Assembly: GCA_964592785.1 (NCBI GenBank)
Contig: CAZQHU010000004.1
Location: 72-64,071 of the forward strand
Source of the DNA: an uncultured Gammaproteobacteria bacterium
GTDB taxonomy: Bacteria; Patescibacteriota; Patescibacteriia; Magasanikbacterales; UBA922
Length of the DNA: 64,000 nucleotides
Direction of reading: 5' to 3'
Shown: piece by piece, positions 46,237-54,896 of the stretch
Layout of the letters: every line of letters begins with the position of its first letter
Numbering within the stretch: the stretch's first letter is position 1
Translations under genes and position numbers: made by a program
The notes under the pieces: generated by a model
Databases searched by the model: none
The model's input: the letters and a program-made list of their open reading frames with translations, nothing else
What the model was told of the DNA's origin: nothing

Positions 46237-46561
46237 ATCCTTCCTAATACTGGTAGGCAATCTACCCTGCGGGCTTCCCAACGCTCTTTTCATTCACACT
46301 CCAGCCCGTCAGAATGTTTGCAAGGTTTGCAACTATTCAAAAATGCTGGGGTGATGAAAAAATAAAAACACCACAATGAAAGTTGGGTGTTTTTTATTAT
46401 TTATTTTTGATGCATTACGTCCCTCCCTTAGTAAAGAGAGGACAGGAGGGATATTGGCCAACATCCCCCTTACTCCCTCTTTGATAAGGGGAAAATATTT
46501 TGTCGCCACTTCTTTATTTCTTCATGATCACCCCGTCTTCGCTAAAGCTACGCCGGATAAA

Positions 46562-47308
46562 CTAGTCATTCTTTCTTTCACGCCATCTTTTAATTTTCGC
46601 ATGATCTCCACTTAATAAGACCGGAGGCACTTTCCACCCACGAAAATCTGCTGGTTTTGTGTACTGCGAATATTCAATTTCAATTTCATTTGATTTTTTG
46701 TTTTCTTGATTTTTTGTTTTCTTGTTAAACGTTTCTTCACTCAAACTCTCTTCATTCCCCAAAACTCCGGGGATCAAACGTGACACAGCTTCAATAATAA
46801 TCAAAGCCCCCAACTCACCCCCAGCCAAAACATAAGGCCCAATCGAAATCTCTTCATCTACCATATAGTCTGTCACTCGCTGATCAACACCTTCATAACG
46901 CCCACAAACAAAAGTTATTTCATCCAACTTGGAAAATTGTTCTGCCATTCGCTGATCAAACTGTTTACCACGAGGACTTAATAAAACTGTCTTTTTGGAC
47001 TTCGGACTACGGACTACAGACTTAAAAATTGCTTTTAATCGTCCCAAACCATTAGTCTGTCGTCTGTAGTCTGTGGTCAAAGCATCGAGCGAAGCGAGCG
47101 CTTTAAATATGGGCTCTGGTTTCATGACCATCCCCGCTCCCCCGCCATACGGTGTATCATCTACAGTTTTGTGATTATCAGTTGTAAAATCACGCAAATT
47201 GACTGGATTAATTTTGATTAAATTATTTTTCTGCGCACGATGAATAATTGTTTCGTCACAGTAGTCGGAAATTATTTTGGGGAAAATGGTGATGACATTA
47301 AATTTCAT
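46562..47308 (-). CDS. trmD: tRNA (guanine37-N1)-methyltransferase TrmD carrying an in-frame palindromic insertion
   Basis: MKFNVITIFP...DDTPYGGGAGMVMKPEP signature. An extra ~25-30 aa lie between PEPIFKALASL and VLLSPRGK. Confidence 0.85.
   Translation of the reverse strand: MKFNVITIFPKIISDYCDETIIHRAQKNNLIKINPVNLRDFTTDNHKTVDDTPYGGGAGMVMKPEPIFKALASLDALTTDYRRQTNGLGRLKAIFKSVVRSPKSKKTVLLSPRGKQFDQRMAEQFSKLDEITFVCGRYEGVDQRVTDYMVDEEISIGPYVLAGGELGALIIIEAVSRLIPGVLGNEESLSEETFNKKTKNQENKKSNEIEIEYSQYTKPADFRGWKVPPVLLSGDHAKIKRWRERKND
46996..47101. mobile_element. Palindromic element inserted in-frame in trmD
   Basis: Inverted repeats GGACTACGGACTACAGAC / GTCTGTAGTCTGTGGTC. CATCGAGCGAAGCGAGCGC resembles the CGAGCGTAGCGAGG core of the GTCATTCC family. 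Confidence 0.5.
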
Positions 47309-47340
47309 AACAAACGTATCTTAACAAAAAATAAACAAAA

Positions 47341-47437
47341 AATCAACCCGCCTCATCGGCGGGTTTTGAATTTCTCAATTTCTTAGTTTCTTTTAAAACC
47401 ACGGGATCCTTCGTTTCACTCAGGATGACGCTACGCG
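47341..47437. repeat. Family-B composite element directly after the fusA stop codon
   Basis: CCCGCCTCATCGGCGGG terminator hairpin, AATTTCTCAATTTCTTAG, GGGATCCTTCGTTTCACTCAGGATGACGCTACGCGTC. Confidence 0.5.
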
Positions 47438-49513
47438 TCACTTCTTCCCTTCAGCAATCTGTGCCTCAATATTTTTTGGCACATCTGCATAATGATCAAA
47501 TTCCATAGCATAAGTAGCCCGGCCCTGTGACATGGAGCGTAAATCTGTAGCATAACCAAACATTTCTGAAAGAGGAACCATGGCGCGCACCACTTTGGCA
47601 GTACCACGCTGAGTCATCTCCAAAATCTGTCCGCGTTTGGAATTAAGATTGCCGATCACATCACCCATGTATTCTTCTGGAGTGGTCACTTCTACTTTCA
47701 TTACTGGTTCCAAAACTACAGGACTAGCTTTTTTGGCAGCCTCTTGAAAGGCCATAATACCAGCCATTTTGAAAGCGATTTCTGAAGAGTCAACTTCATG
47801 GTAAGAACCATCAAAAACAGTCACTTGCAAATCCACCACTGGGAAACCAGCTACCACACCTTTATCAATTGCTTCTTTCACGCCTTTTTGAATGGCTGGA
47901 ATATATTCGCGAGGAATAACACCACCTTTGACTTCATCAATAAATTCAAATCCTTGTCCACGTTCACGAGGTTCAAGTTTGAGATAGCAATGACCATATT
48001 GACCGCGTCCACCAGACTGTTTGATGTATTTACCTTCAGCTTCGGCACTCTGGCGAATAGTCTCTTTATAAGCTACTTGTGGCTTACCAACTTTGGCCTC
48101 CACTTTAAATTCACGCTTCATGCGATCCACAATGATTTCCAAATGCAATTCACCCATACCAGAAATAATAGTCTGTAATGTTTCTTGATCAGTATGAACT
48201 CGAAAAGTCGGATCTTCTTCAGCCAACTTTTGTAAAGCCAAGCTCATCTTCTCAGCATCAGCTTTGGTGTTTGGTTCAATGGCAATATCAATCACTGGTT
48301 CAGGGAAAACAATTTTTTCCAAAAGTACCGGACGATTTTCTGCGCAAAGAGTATCTCCAGTAGTGGTAGATTTAAGTCCTACTGCCGCAGCAATCTCTCC
48401 AGCATAAACTTCATTTACATCTTCTCGATGATTGGCATGAAGTCTAACAATACGACTAATACGTTCTTTTTCTCCATTGGAAGTATTGATTACATAGCTA
48501 CCAGCAGTCAAAACACCGGAATAAACTCGAAAAAAAGCCAACTTTCCCACAAAAGGATCAGTGGCTATTTTGAAAGCCAAAGCAGTAAAAGGAGCACTGT
48601 CATCAGCTTTAACAATTATTTCTTTGGTTTCATCATTAGGATCATGAGCTTTGATATCTGGCACATCCAGAGGTGAAGGTAAGAAGTAAGTGACAGCATC
48701 CAACACCAACTGCACCCCCATATTTTGCAAAGCTGAACCACACATTACAGGGTACATCTCATCTTGCAAAACCAAAGCGCGAATGCCAGACTTTATTTCA
48801 ACTTCAGTAAATTCTCCACCATTTAAATATTTATTCATGAGTTCATCATTAGCTTCAGCCACTTTTTCCAACAATTGAGCCCGATAAGTTTGAGCTCTTT
48901 CCAATTCTTCAGCTGGAATTTCCATTTCCACGATATTTTCACCGCTCTTACCTTCAAATTTATAAGCTTTCATTTTGATAAGATCAATGATCCCGGAAAA
49001 AGAAGATTCAGCCCCGATTGATAATTGAATAGCAAAAGCTTTGGGGGATAATCTTTCTTTAATGGAATTTAAACTCATATAAAAATCCGCACCCATCTTG
49101 TCCATTTTATTGACAAAACAAATTCTTGGCACGCGATATTTATCAGCTTGACGCCAAACTGTTTCAGATTGTGGCTCCACACCTTGGGAACCATCAAAAA
49201 CAGCTACTGCGCCATCGAGTACGCGCAAAGATCTTTCTACTTCCACAGTAAAGTCCACGTGGCCGGGAGTGTCAATAAGATTGATACGATGATCTTTCCA
49301 AAAACAAGTGGTGGCAGCTGAAGTAATAGTGATACCACGTTCTTTTTCTTGTTCCATCCAATCCATTTCAGCGGCTCCTTCATGTACTTCACCAATCTTA
49401 TGTTTCTTACCAGTATAAAAAAGAATACGTTCTGAAACAGTAGTCTTACCGGCATCAATATGAGCGGCAATACCAATGTTCCTGGTTTTGTCTAATGAAT
49501 ATTCACGAGGCAT
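47438..49513 (-). CDS. fusA: Elongation factor G
   Basis: [17 protein letters not shown]. Start at [15 protein letters not shown] (49513) matches orthologues. The upstream ATG at 49525 lies inside the repeat terminus. Confidence 0.9.
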   Translation of the reverse strand: MPREYSLDKTRNIGIAAHIDAGKTTVSERILFYTGKKHKIGEVHEGAAEMDWMEQEKERGITITSAATTCFWKDHRINLIDTPGHVDFTVEVERSLRVLDGAVAVFDGSQGVEPQSETVWRQADKYRVPRICFVNKMDKMGADFYMSLNSIKERLSPKAFAIQLSIGAESSFSGIIDLIKMKAYKFEGKSGENIVEMEIPAEELERAQTYRAQLLEKVAEANDELMNKYLNGGEFTEVEIKSGIRALVLQDEMYPVMCGSALQNMGVQLVLDAVTYFLPSPLDVPDIKAHDPNDETKEIIVKADDSAPFTALAFKIATDPFVGKLAFFRVYSGVLTAGSYVINTSNGEKERISRIVRLHANHREDVNEVYAGEIAAAVGLKSTTTGDTLCAENRPVLLEKIVFPEPVIDIAIEPNTKADAEKMSLALQKLAEEDPTFRVHTDQETLQTIISGMGELHLEIIVDRMKREFKVEAKVGKPQVAYKETIRQSAEAEGKYIKQSGGRGQYGHCYLKLEPRERGQGFEFIDEVKGGVIPREYIPAIQKGVKEAIDKGVVAGFPVVDLQVTVFDGSYHEVDSSEIAFKMAGIMAFQEAAKKASPVVLEPVMKVEVTTPEEYMGDVIGNLNSKRGQILEMTQRGTAKVVRAMVPLSEMFGYATDLRSMSQGRATYAMEFDHYADVPKNIEAQIAEGKK

Positions 49514-49520
49514 AAGTTTA

Positions 49521-49646
49521 TTCATTCCGAGCGTAGCGAGGAATCTTTCTCACCTCGTACATATCGGAGTGTTTAGTTATTGATTTAAAAAAGTTTGTAA
49601 TAGGAAAGATTCCTCACCCTCGCTTGAACTCGGGTTCGGAATGAAC
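49521..49646. repeat. GTCATTCC-family MITE/REP-like element filling the rpsG-fusA spacer
   Basis: TIRs TTCATTCCGAGCGTAGCGAGGAATCTTTC and GAAAGATTCCTCACCCTCGC...CGGAATGAAC, with a central GATTTAAAAAAGTTT. Its terminus CGGAATGAATAAACTT lies immediately 5' of the fusA ATG. Confidence 0.6.
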
Positions 49647-50120
49647 CTACCGACGAGCGAAGTGAGCAAAAGCTTTGTTGGCTTCAGCCATGCGCACCAC
49701 ATCTTCTTTTTTCTTCATCGCGCCACCGGTTCCTGCCAAAACATCCAACATTTCACTAGAAAGTTTTTCAATCATGTTTTGACCTTTACGTTCACGCGCA
49801 GCACCAATAATCCAACGAAAGGCCAAAGCATTTTGACGCTCTGCTGGTACTGGCATTGGCACTTGGTAGTTCGCGCCACCGACACGACGAGAGCGGACTT
49901 CAACTGAAGGCCTGACTGTGTCCATCACTTGTTCAAATAAAACTACAGCATCAGCTTTTTTAACTTCTTGAAGTTTTTCCAAAGCACCATAAACAATTTC
50001 TTGAGCTCGGGTCTTTTTTCCGCTTTCCATGATCATGTTAATAAATTTGGCCAACAAAACACTATTATATTTTGGTTCTGGAGCCAAAACTCTTTTTGGT
50101 ACACTTTTTCCTCTAGGCAT
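49647..50120 (-). CDS. rpsG: 30S ribosomal protein S7
   Basis: MPRGKSVPKRVLAPEPKYNS signature. Confidence 0.9.
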   Translation of the reverse strand: MPRGKSVPKRVLAPEPKYNSVLLAKFINMIMESGKKTRAQEIVYGALEKLQEVKKADAVVLFEQVMDTVRPSVEVRSRRVGGANYQVPMPVPAERQNALAFRWIIGAARERKGQNMIEKLSSEMLDVLAGTGGAMKKKEDVVRMAEANKAFAHFARR

Positions 50121-50128
50121 ATAGTTCG

Positions 50129-50262
50129 TTCATTCCGAGCGTAGCGAGGAATCCTTCTTGCCTCGAACGTAGTCGGAATGTTTATTTTATGATTTAAAAA
50201 AGTTTTAATTTAAGAAAGATTCCTCGTTTAGTCCGTGCGAACGGACTCACTCGGAATGAACC
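50129..50262. repeat. GTCATTCC-family MITE/REP-like element filling the rpsL-rpsG spacer
   Basis: Near-identical to 49521-49646: TTCATTCCGAGCGTAGCGAGGAATCC...GAAAGATTCCTCG...CTCGGAATGAAC. Its terminus lies 9 nt upstream of the rpsG ATG. Confidence 0.6.
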
Positions 50263-50267
50263 TAAAA

Positions 50268-50693
50268 TTATTTACCAGCTTTCGGTCTCTTGGCTCCGTA
50301 GATAGAACGACCTTTACGACGGGCTTCTACACCCTGGGTGTCATAAACACCGCGAACAATATGATAACGAACACCTGGCAAGTCTTTTACACGGCCACCG
50401 CGAATAAGCACAATAGAGTGCTCTTGAAGATTGTGTCCTTCACCAGGAATATAAGCGATTACTTCCAAACCATTGCTAAGTCTAACCTTGGCGACTTTAC
50501 GCAAAGCTGAGTTTGGTTTCTTTGGAGTAGTGGTATAAACCTTGGTACAAACTCCACGTTTAAATGGGCAACCGCGACGCAAAGTGGTCTTGGCGCGATG
50601 CAAACTATCGTAGGTAAATTGCAAAGCCGGTGACTTGGATTTCACTGTCTTTGGATGTCTTCCCTTACGAATGATTTGATTCATTGTAGGCAT
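50268..50693 (-). CDS. rpsL: 30S ribosomal protein S12
   Basis: [12 protein letters not shown]...[11 protein letters not shown] signature. Confidence 0.95.
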   Translation of the reverse strand: MPTMNQIIRKGRHPKTVKSKSPALQFTYDSLHRAKTTLRRGCPFKRGVCTKVYTTTPKKPNSALRKVAKVRLSNGLEVIAYIPGEGHNLQEHSIVLIRGGRVKDLPGVRYHIVRGVYDTQGVEARRKGRSIYGAKRPKAGK

Positions 50694-50699
50694 AAGATT

Positions 50700-50817
50700 T
50701 ATTCATTCCGAACGAAGTGAGGAATCTTTTCCAACACGTACGTTCTTAAATAAAATTAAATAAAATAAAATTATTTTTTCTTAATAAAGATCTCTCACCC
50801 TTTGGGCTCGAGATGAA
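50700..50817. repeat. Degenerate third copy of the GTCATTCC-family element upstream of rpsL
   Basis: TTCATTCCGAACGAAGTGAGGAATC...GATCTCTCACCC...CTCGAGATGAAC. Confidence 0.45.
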
Positions 50818-51009
50818 CAAAAAAACGTCCTTTAAAGACGCTAGAAAAAACTATTTTTTCAAACGTCTGCACCTCTTCGGCGCACATTCACCTTGTCCGC
50901 CATAATAGCGGGGGTTACTACGTTGACCACATTCTACAACAAAGCCAAAAACTTGTCAAGTCCCACCCGCAACGCCTGAGCAAGCTCATGCTTACGATGG
51001 CGGGCCGGC

Positions 51010-51038
51010 TTGACAAAATCCAATAAATGTACTATACT
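51010..51038 (+). promoter_or_regulatory. Candidate promoter TTGACA-17-TATACT for the lipoprotein gene
   Basis: Consensus hexamers with 17-nt spacing about 100 nt upstream of the ATG. Confidence 0.35.
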
Positions 51039-51140
51039 TATCAGTCATTACTGTGTCTGTCTTGGACACGATTGACAATCTAGGCACTGGCAGGAAGCCA
51101 GGCTAGTGAATTCATTTCACGGAAGTGAGGAGGAAACACA

Positions 51141-51653
51141 ATGATCCGCATCATCTTGGCCATGACCATGATCCTGTCCCTGGCCGCCTGCAACGACGAC
51201 ATCAAGGCCGAGCTGGCCCAGACCAAGGCCGATCTGGCTCGGGTCCAGTCGGATCTCAACCAGGTGGTCGAGTACCACCGCCTGACCCAGGCGATCCAGG
51301 AGGAGACCATGCTCCTCCAGGATCTGCGCGAACAGACCCAGACTCTGAACAAGGACCTGGACTCCCTGGCCAATCGCGCCATCCTGGCACGGTCAGCACT
51401 GCCTGCGCAGGCCTACCTCTGTAAGGGCAACCGTTCTTGCGAGGAAGAGACGGCAGCCAAGGCCAAGATCGAGGCTGTGAAGATGAATGAGGAAGTCGAC
51501 ACCCTCAATGCCCGATCCAAGCAACTGGGCGAGGAGACCAGCCTCCACATCACTCGACACAAGCAGGCGGAGACGGCCATGAAGGTCGCACGGGCGGCGC
51601 TCCCACCCGATCTGCAAGAACGCCTCCTCGGAGTAAGGGAGTCTTCCCACTAG
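51141..51653 (+). CDS. Coiled-coil lipoprotein encoded in a strongly GC-rich foreign island
   Basis: Signal peptide with lipobox LSLAAC. Strong RBS GAGGAGGAAACACA-ATG. GC content is far above the background. Overlapping antisense ORFs are artefacts of high GC. Confidence 0.6.
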   Translation: MIRIILAMTMILSLAACNDDIKAELAQTKADLARVQSDLNQVVEYHRLTQAIQEETMLLQDLREQTQTLNKDLDSLANRAILARSALPAQAYLCKGNRSCEEETAAKAKIEAVKMNEEVDTLNARSKQLGEETSLHITRHKQAETAMKVARAALPPDLQERLLGVRESSH

Positions 51654-51772
51654 CTCTTTCGCCGTGACGACATACAGTGTCTCTCTGTACCCCGACCCAG
51701 TCGGGAACGCCAGAGGACCCGTGTCACTCACGGCTCACCCTCTATATTTTTCACGAAGAATATTGAGGATAA

Positions 51773-51804
51773 TAAAAAATTCACCTCATCGGTGAATTTT
51801 TTAT
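51773..51804. terminator. Bidirectional intrinsic terminator
   Basis: AAAAAATTCACC-TCATCG-GTGAATTTTTTATTTC. Confidence 0.55.
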
Positions 51805-51832
51805 TTCTGTGTAATCTGTTATTAATCAGTGT

Positions 51833-52450
51833 TTAAAAATACACTCCCCCACCCGTAAACAAACTAGTAAGGAAATAAATAATCGGCTGAATAAAACGAA
51901 AGCCAAAAAATATAAAAGCTATTAAAATTACAAAACCATATTGTTCCAGCATCATTTTGATCTTATACTGGGAATCGGGTAACAAAGCATAAAGCAACTT
52001 GGAACCATCAAGTGGTGGAATCGGCACAAGATTGAATACTGCCAAAAGCACATTGGCATAAACAATAATATAAAGAAAAACTGTCATGTTGGAAATAGGT
52101 AAATAACGAACCAAGAGCCCAAAAACAAAAGCCAATGTCAAATTACTAAGTGGACCGGCTAGAGCCACCCACACCGGTCCCCATTTTTGATCTTTCAAAT
52201 TGTAAGGATTGTAGGGCACTGGCTTGGCATAGGCAAAAAGAAACCTCCCGGCTGTGAAAAAAAATAACAATAGTGGCATTATGATGGTGCCCCATTTATC
52301 TATATGAGCTCGTGGATCCATGGTCAACCGTCCAGCATAGCGCGCTGTCGGATCACCCAGCATATCTGCCATCCAACCATGAGAATACTCATGAATAATG
52401 GAGGAAGGAATAATAACAACGAGAAAAAATAATAAGGGTAAAAAATCCAT
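51833..52450 (-). CDS. Peptidase M50 (site-2 protease-like) membrane metalloprotease
   Basis: HEYSHG (HExxH) in the first TM helix; polytopic. Confidence 0.7.
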   Translation of the reverse strand: MDFLPLLFFLVVIIPSSIIHEYSHGWMADMLGDPTARYAGRLTMDPRAHIDKWGTIIMPLLLFFFTAGRFLFAYAKPVPYNPYNLKDQKWGPVWVALAGPLSNLTLAFVFGLLVRYLPISNMTVFLYIIVYANVLLAVFNLVPIPPLDGSKLLYALLPDSQYKIKMMLEQYGFVILIAFIFFGFRFIQPIIYFLTSLFTGGGVYF

Positions 52451-52529
52451 AATTAGATTAAAATTGAAAAATTAATAAACTAAAAAATTTTAATTTCTTA
52501 ATTTTCCAATTTCCGAATTTCTCTGTATA

Positions 52530-52558
52530 TTGACAACTTTTTAATTTTAAGTTATAAT
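52530..52558 (+). promoter_or_regulatory. Promoter TTGACA-17-TATAAT for rpmB
   Basis: Consensus hexamers. The ATG lies about 45 nt downstream. Confidence 0.5.
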
Positions 52559-52602
52559 TCAGCCACTTTTTATTATACTATCATACTTAAACAAAAAATA
52601 CT

Positions 52603-52767
52603 ATGTCTAGAATTTGTTCTACCTGTGGCAAAACTGCTATCAAAGCTGCCAACCGCAGTCACTCCAAAGTAAAAACTTTACGTCGTCAAAAACCAAATCT
52701 GCAAAAAGTTGGCGGAAAAATGGTTTGCACACGTTGTATCAAGACCACAGCCAAGAAAAACAAATAA
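52603..52767 (+). CDS. rpmB: 50S ribosomal protein L28 (54 aa). This ORF is below the ORF-track length cut-off
   Basis: MSRICSTCGKTAIKAANRSHSKVKTLRRQKPNLQK matches the bL28 N-terminal signature (MSRVCQVTGK...GNNRSH...RR..PNL). Confidence 0.7.
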   Translation: MSRICSTCGKTAIKAANRSHSKVKTLRRQKPNLQKVGGKMVCTRCIKTTAKKNK

Positions 52768-52772
52768 TCTTA

Positions 52773-52798
52773 AATCCGCCTATTCGGCGGATTTTTTG
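52773..52798 (+). terminator. Intrinsic terminator after rpmB
   Basis: AATCCGCC-TATT-CGGCGGATTTTTTG. Confidence 0.55.
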
Positions 52799-52871
52799 TC
52801 GGGCTAGCGGGACTTGAACCCACGACCTCATGCACCCCATGCATGCGCGCTACCAACTGCGCTATAGCCCG
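52799..52871 (-). tRNA. tRNA-Pro (anticodon GGG)
   Basis: CGGGCTA-TA-GCGC-AGTTGGTA-GCGC-G-CATGC-ATGGGGT-GCATG-AGGTC-GTGGG-TTCAAGT-CCCGC-TAGCCCG-A. Has the C1-G72 pair typical of tRNA-Pro. No CCA encoded. Confidence 0.85.
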
Positions 52872-52950
52872 TCCGACAAATTATAACAGGATAACATAAA
52901 AAATCAAGGTAAATAAACCAACCGCGTCTGACGCGGTGGGTTTTGTATTA

Positions 52951-53214
52951 TCAATTTGCTTCCTCTTTAGGAGGATCTTTAAAAAGAGCATCTAAAGGAT
53001 TTTTACCTTTTACAAAACCACCACCTTTTCTATTTTCAGGGTTAGAAACAGTCATACCTGCTGTTAAGTCAGGTGCTCTATAAACACCCCTGCTGGCATT
53101 ATATTCTTCTGGAGTCAAACGACGACTAGAAGATTTACCACCACCTCTTTGGTGCCCCATTCTTTGATCGACACGATCTGCTGGATTTTCTCCATAACGA
53201 AAAATTTCTCGCAT
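52951..53214 (-). CDS. Hypothetical small basic protein
   Basis: ORF with a terminator hairpin downstream at about 52895-52925. Confidence 0.35.
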   Translation of the reverse strand: MREIFRYGENPADRVDQRMGHQRGGGKSSSRRLTPEEYNASRGVYRAPDLTAGMTVSNPENRKGGGFVKGKNPLDALFKDPPKEEAN

Positions 53215-53225
53215 AAATTTTAAAA

Positions 53226-53738
53226 TTAAGAATTAAATAAAATACTTTTTAAATCATTCACAAATATTCCCCTCAAATTATCAGATAAATTATCCAAGAG
53301 CAATTTGACAAACTTTTTATAATTAACCAATTCTCTCTCACCTCTTTCATTTTTCAATTCTGCATAATAACAACAACTATCCACTACATCAGCTATTTTT
53401 ACTGCCAAAGCGTCATCCCCCACTTCTCGGCATCTGGTAATCATGTCCTCTGCTCTATTCATAGTACCCTCTATATTTTTATTTTTTGAATTTGCCTTCA
53501 CAATAGCCAACACTTTACTGCCAAATCTCTCTTCCAGTTCACTCTCTGTTGTCTCGGACCACTCCAGAGAATCGTGGAGTAAACCAGCATTGACTATATC
53601 ATCCGAAAAACCTTTCTCATACAAATATTTACCTACTCTGTTTACATGTGGCAAAGCCGGCTTATTTGGGCTACACATGTTTGAATTTTTCAAAAAATCT
53701 AGAGTAAATTCAAATTTTTCTTCAAATCGCTTTGGCAT
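53226..53738 (-). CDS. HD-domain phosphohydrolase
   Basis: H...HD motif (HVNRVG...AGLLHDSLE). Confidence 0.55.
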   Translation of the reverse strand: MPKRFEEKFEFTLDFLKNSNMCSPNKPALPHVNRVGKYLYEKGFSDDIVNAGLLHDSLEWSETTESELEERFGSKVLAIVKANSKNKNIEGTMNRAEDMITRCREVGDDALAVKIADVVDSCCYYAELKNERGERELVNYKKFVKLLLDNLSDNLRGIFVNDLKSILFNS

Positions 53739-53774
53739 ATAACTTTATGAACTTTTTACTTTATGGACTTTCAA

Positions 53775-54896
53775 CTACTGTATAAACATCGCGTCGCCAA
53801 AACTGTAAAAACGATATTTTTCTTCCACTGCCTCACTATAACATCTTAACATAAACTGCCGGCCTTCGCCAAAGCTTCGGCCGACAAGCCTATCATCTAC
53901 AAATGCCGACACTAACATTAATAATGTAGACTTGGGTAGATGAAAATTGGTAATCATGGCATCCACCACCTGAAATCTGAAACCGGGCTTAATAAAAATA
54001 TCAATATCACCTTGAAATGCTTCAAATTTCTTATCGGCATATTCTTTTAGACGGACAATTCCTTCCAAAGTTCTCACTGTGGTTGTCCCTACAGCGATCA
54101 CTCTTCTACCCTCGGCTTTGGCATTATTTATTTTCTCAGCATTTTCTTGAGACAATTCCACCCACTCGCTGTGCATAGTGTGGTCCTCTATATTTTCTGA
54201 TTTTATCGGCAAAAAAGTACCAAGCCCAACATGCAGAGTCACTTCAGCAAATTCCACGCCTTTATTTTTTAATTTTTCAATAAGTTCTGGAGTAAAATGA
54301 AAACCAGCAGTCGGTGCTGCCACTGAACCTTCCTGTTTGGCATAAACTGTTTGATAAATCTCCAATTGATCTGGTTCATTTTTTACATATGGTGGTACAG
54401 GAATATGCCCATATTTATTGGCTTTTTCTCTTACCTGCTCGGCATTGTCAGGAAATTGAACCAAAATTGTACCATCATTTTCTTTGACCAGAGCATCACA
54501 ATAAAAATTCGGGGCGAAACGCACTCGCATACCAGCACGCAAATGACGGCCGGGCTTGGCCAATACCCGCCAAACTCCTTGGTTGGGCATTTCGCGAATT
54601 AAAAAAATTTCCAATTTTTTAGATTTTAACAAAGGTTTATCTGGAACGCCATCTTTATTTATATCTTTTTCTATTGGTTCCAATGTCCCTAAAAGTCGAG
54701 CTTTAAAAACTTTGGAATTATTCCAAACCAATAAATCTCCAGACTGGAGATAATCCAAAATATCAAAAAAATGTTTATGTTCTATAGCTTTATTTTTTTT
54801 ATCCACCACCATGAGACGAGAGTGATCACGTGGTTCAACAGGTTTTTGGGCAATAAGTTCTTCGGGTAAATTGTAATCAAAATCAAGAGTCTTCAT
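53775..54896 (-). CDS. queA: S-adenosylmethionine:tRNA ribosyltransferase-isomerase
   Basis: MKTLDFDYNLPEELIAQKP...VGTTTVRTLE signature. Confidence 0.85.
   Translation of the reverse strand: MKTLDFDYNLPEELIAQKPVEPRDHSRLMVVDKKNKAIEHKHFFDILDYLQSGDLLVWNNSKVFKARLLGTLEPIEKDINKDGVPDKPLLKSKKLEIFLIREMPNQGVWRVLAKPGRHLRAGMRVRFAPNFYCDALVKENDGTILVQFPDNAEQVREKANKYGHIPVPPYVKNEPDQLEIYQTVYAKQEGSVAAPTAGFHFTPELIEKLKNKGVEFAEVTLHVGLGTFLPIKSENIEDHTMHSEWVELSQENAEKINNAKAEGRRVIAVGTTTVRTLEGIVRLKEYADKKFEAFQGDIDIFIKPGFRFQVVDAMITNFHLPKSTLLMLVSAFVDDRLVGRSFGEGRQFMLRCYSEAVEEKYRFYSFGDAMFIQ

Noticed and set aside
46376-46615. ORF 46376..46615(+)
   Set aside because: It starts inside a terminator hairpin and runs through family-C repeat hairpins. 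Its translation is low-complexity.
49523-49525. The ATG inside the element terminus GGAATGAA as the fusA start codon (the ORF-track start)
   Set aside because: It is in frame for fusA but out of frame or stop-interrupted for rpsG and rpsL. The EF-G N-terminal alignment (MxREYSLxKTRNIGI) fits the downstream ATG at 49513.
49521-50817. A CRISPR array as an explanation for the regularly recurring palindromic repeats
   Set aside because: The copies are 120-135 bp and each is itself a large inverted repeat with no unique spacers between short direct repeats. No cas genes are present.
51080-51731. Overlapping ORFs 51080..51382(-), 51125..51424(+) and 51393..51731(-)
   Set aside because: They are artefacts of the very GC-rich island. 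Only the + strand 51141..51653 ORF has an RBS, a signal peptide and protein-like composition.
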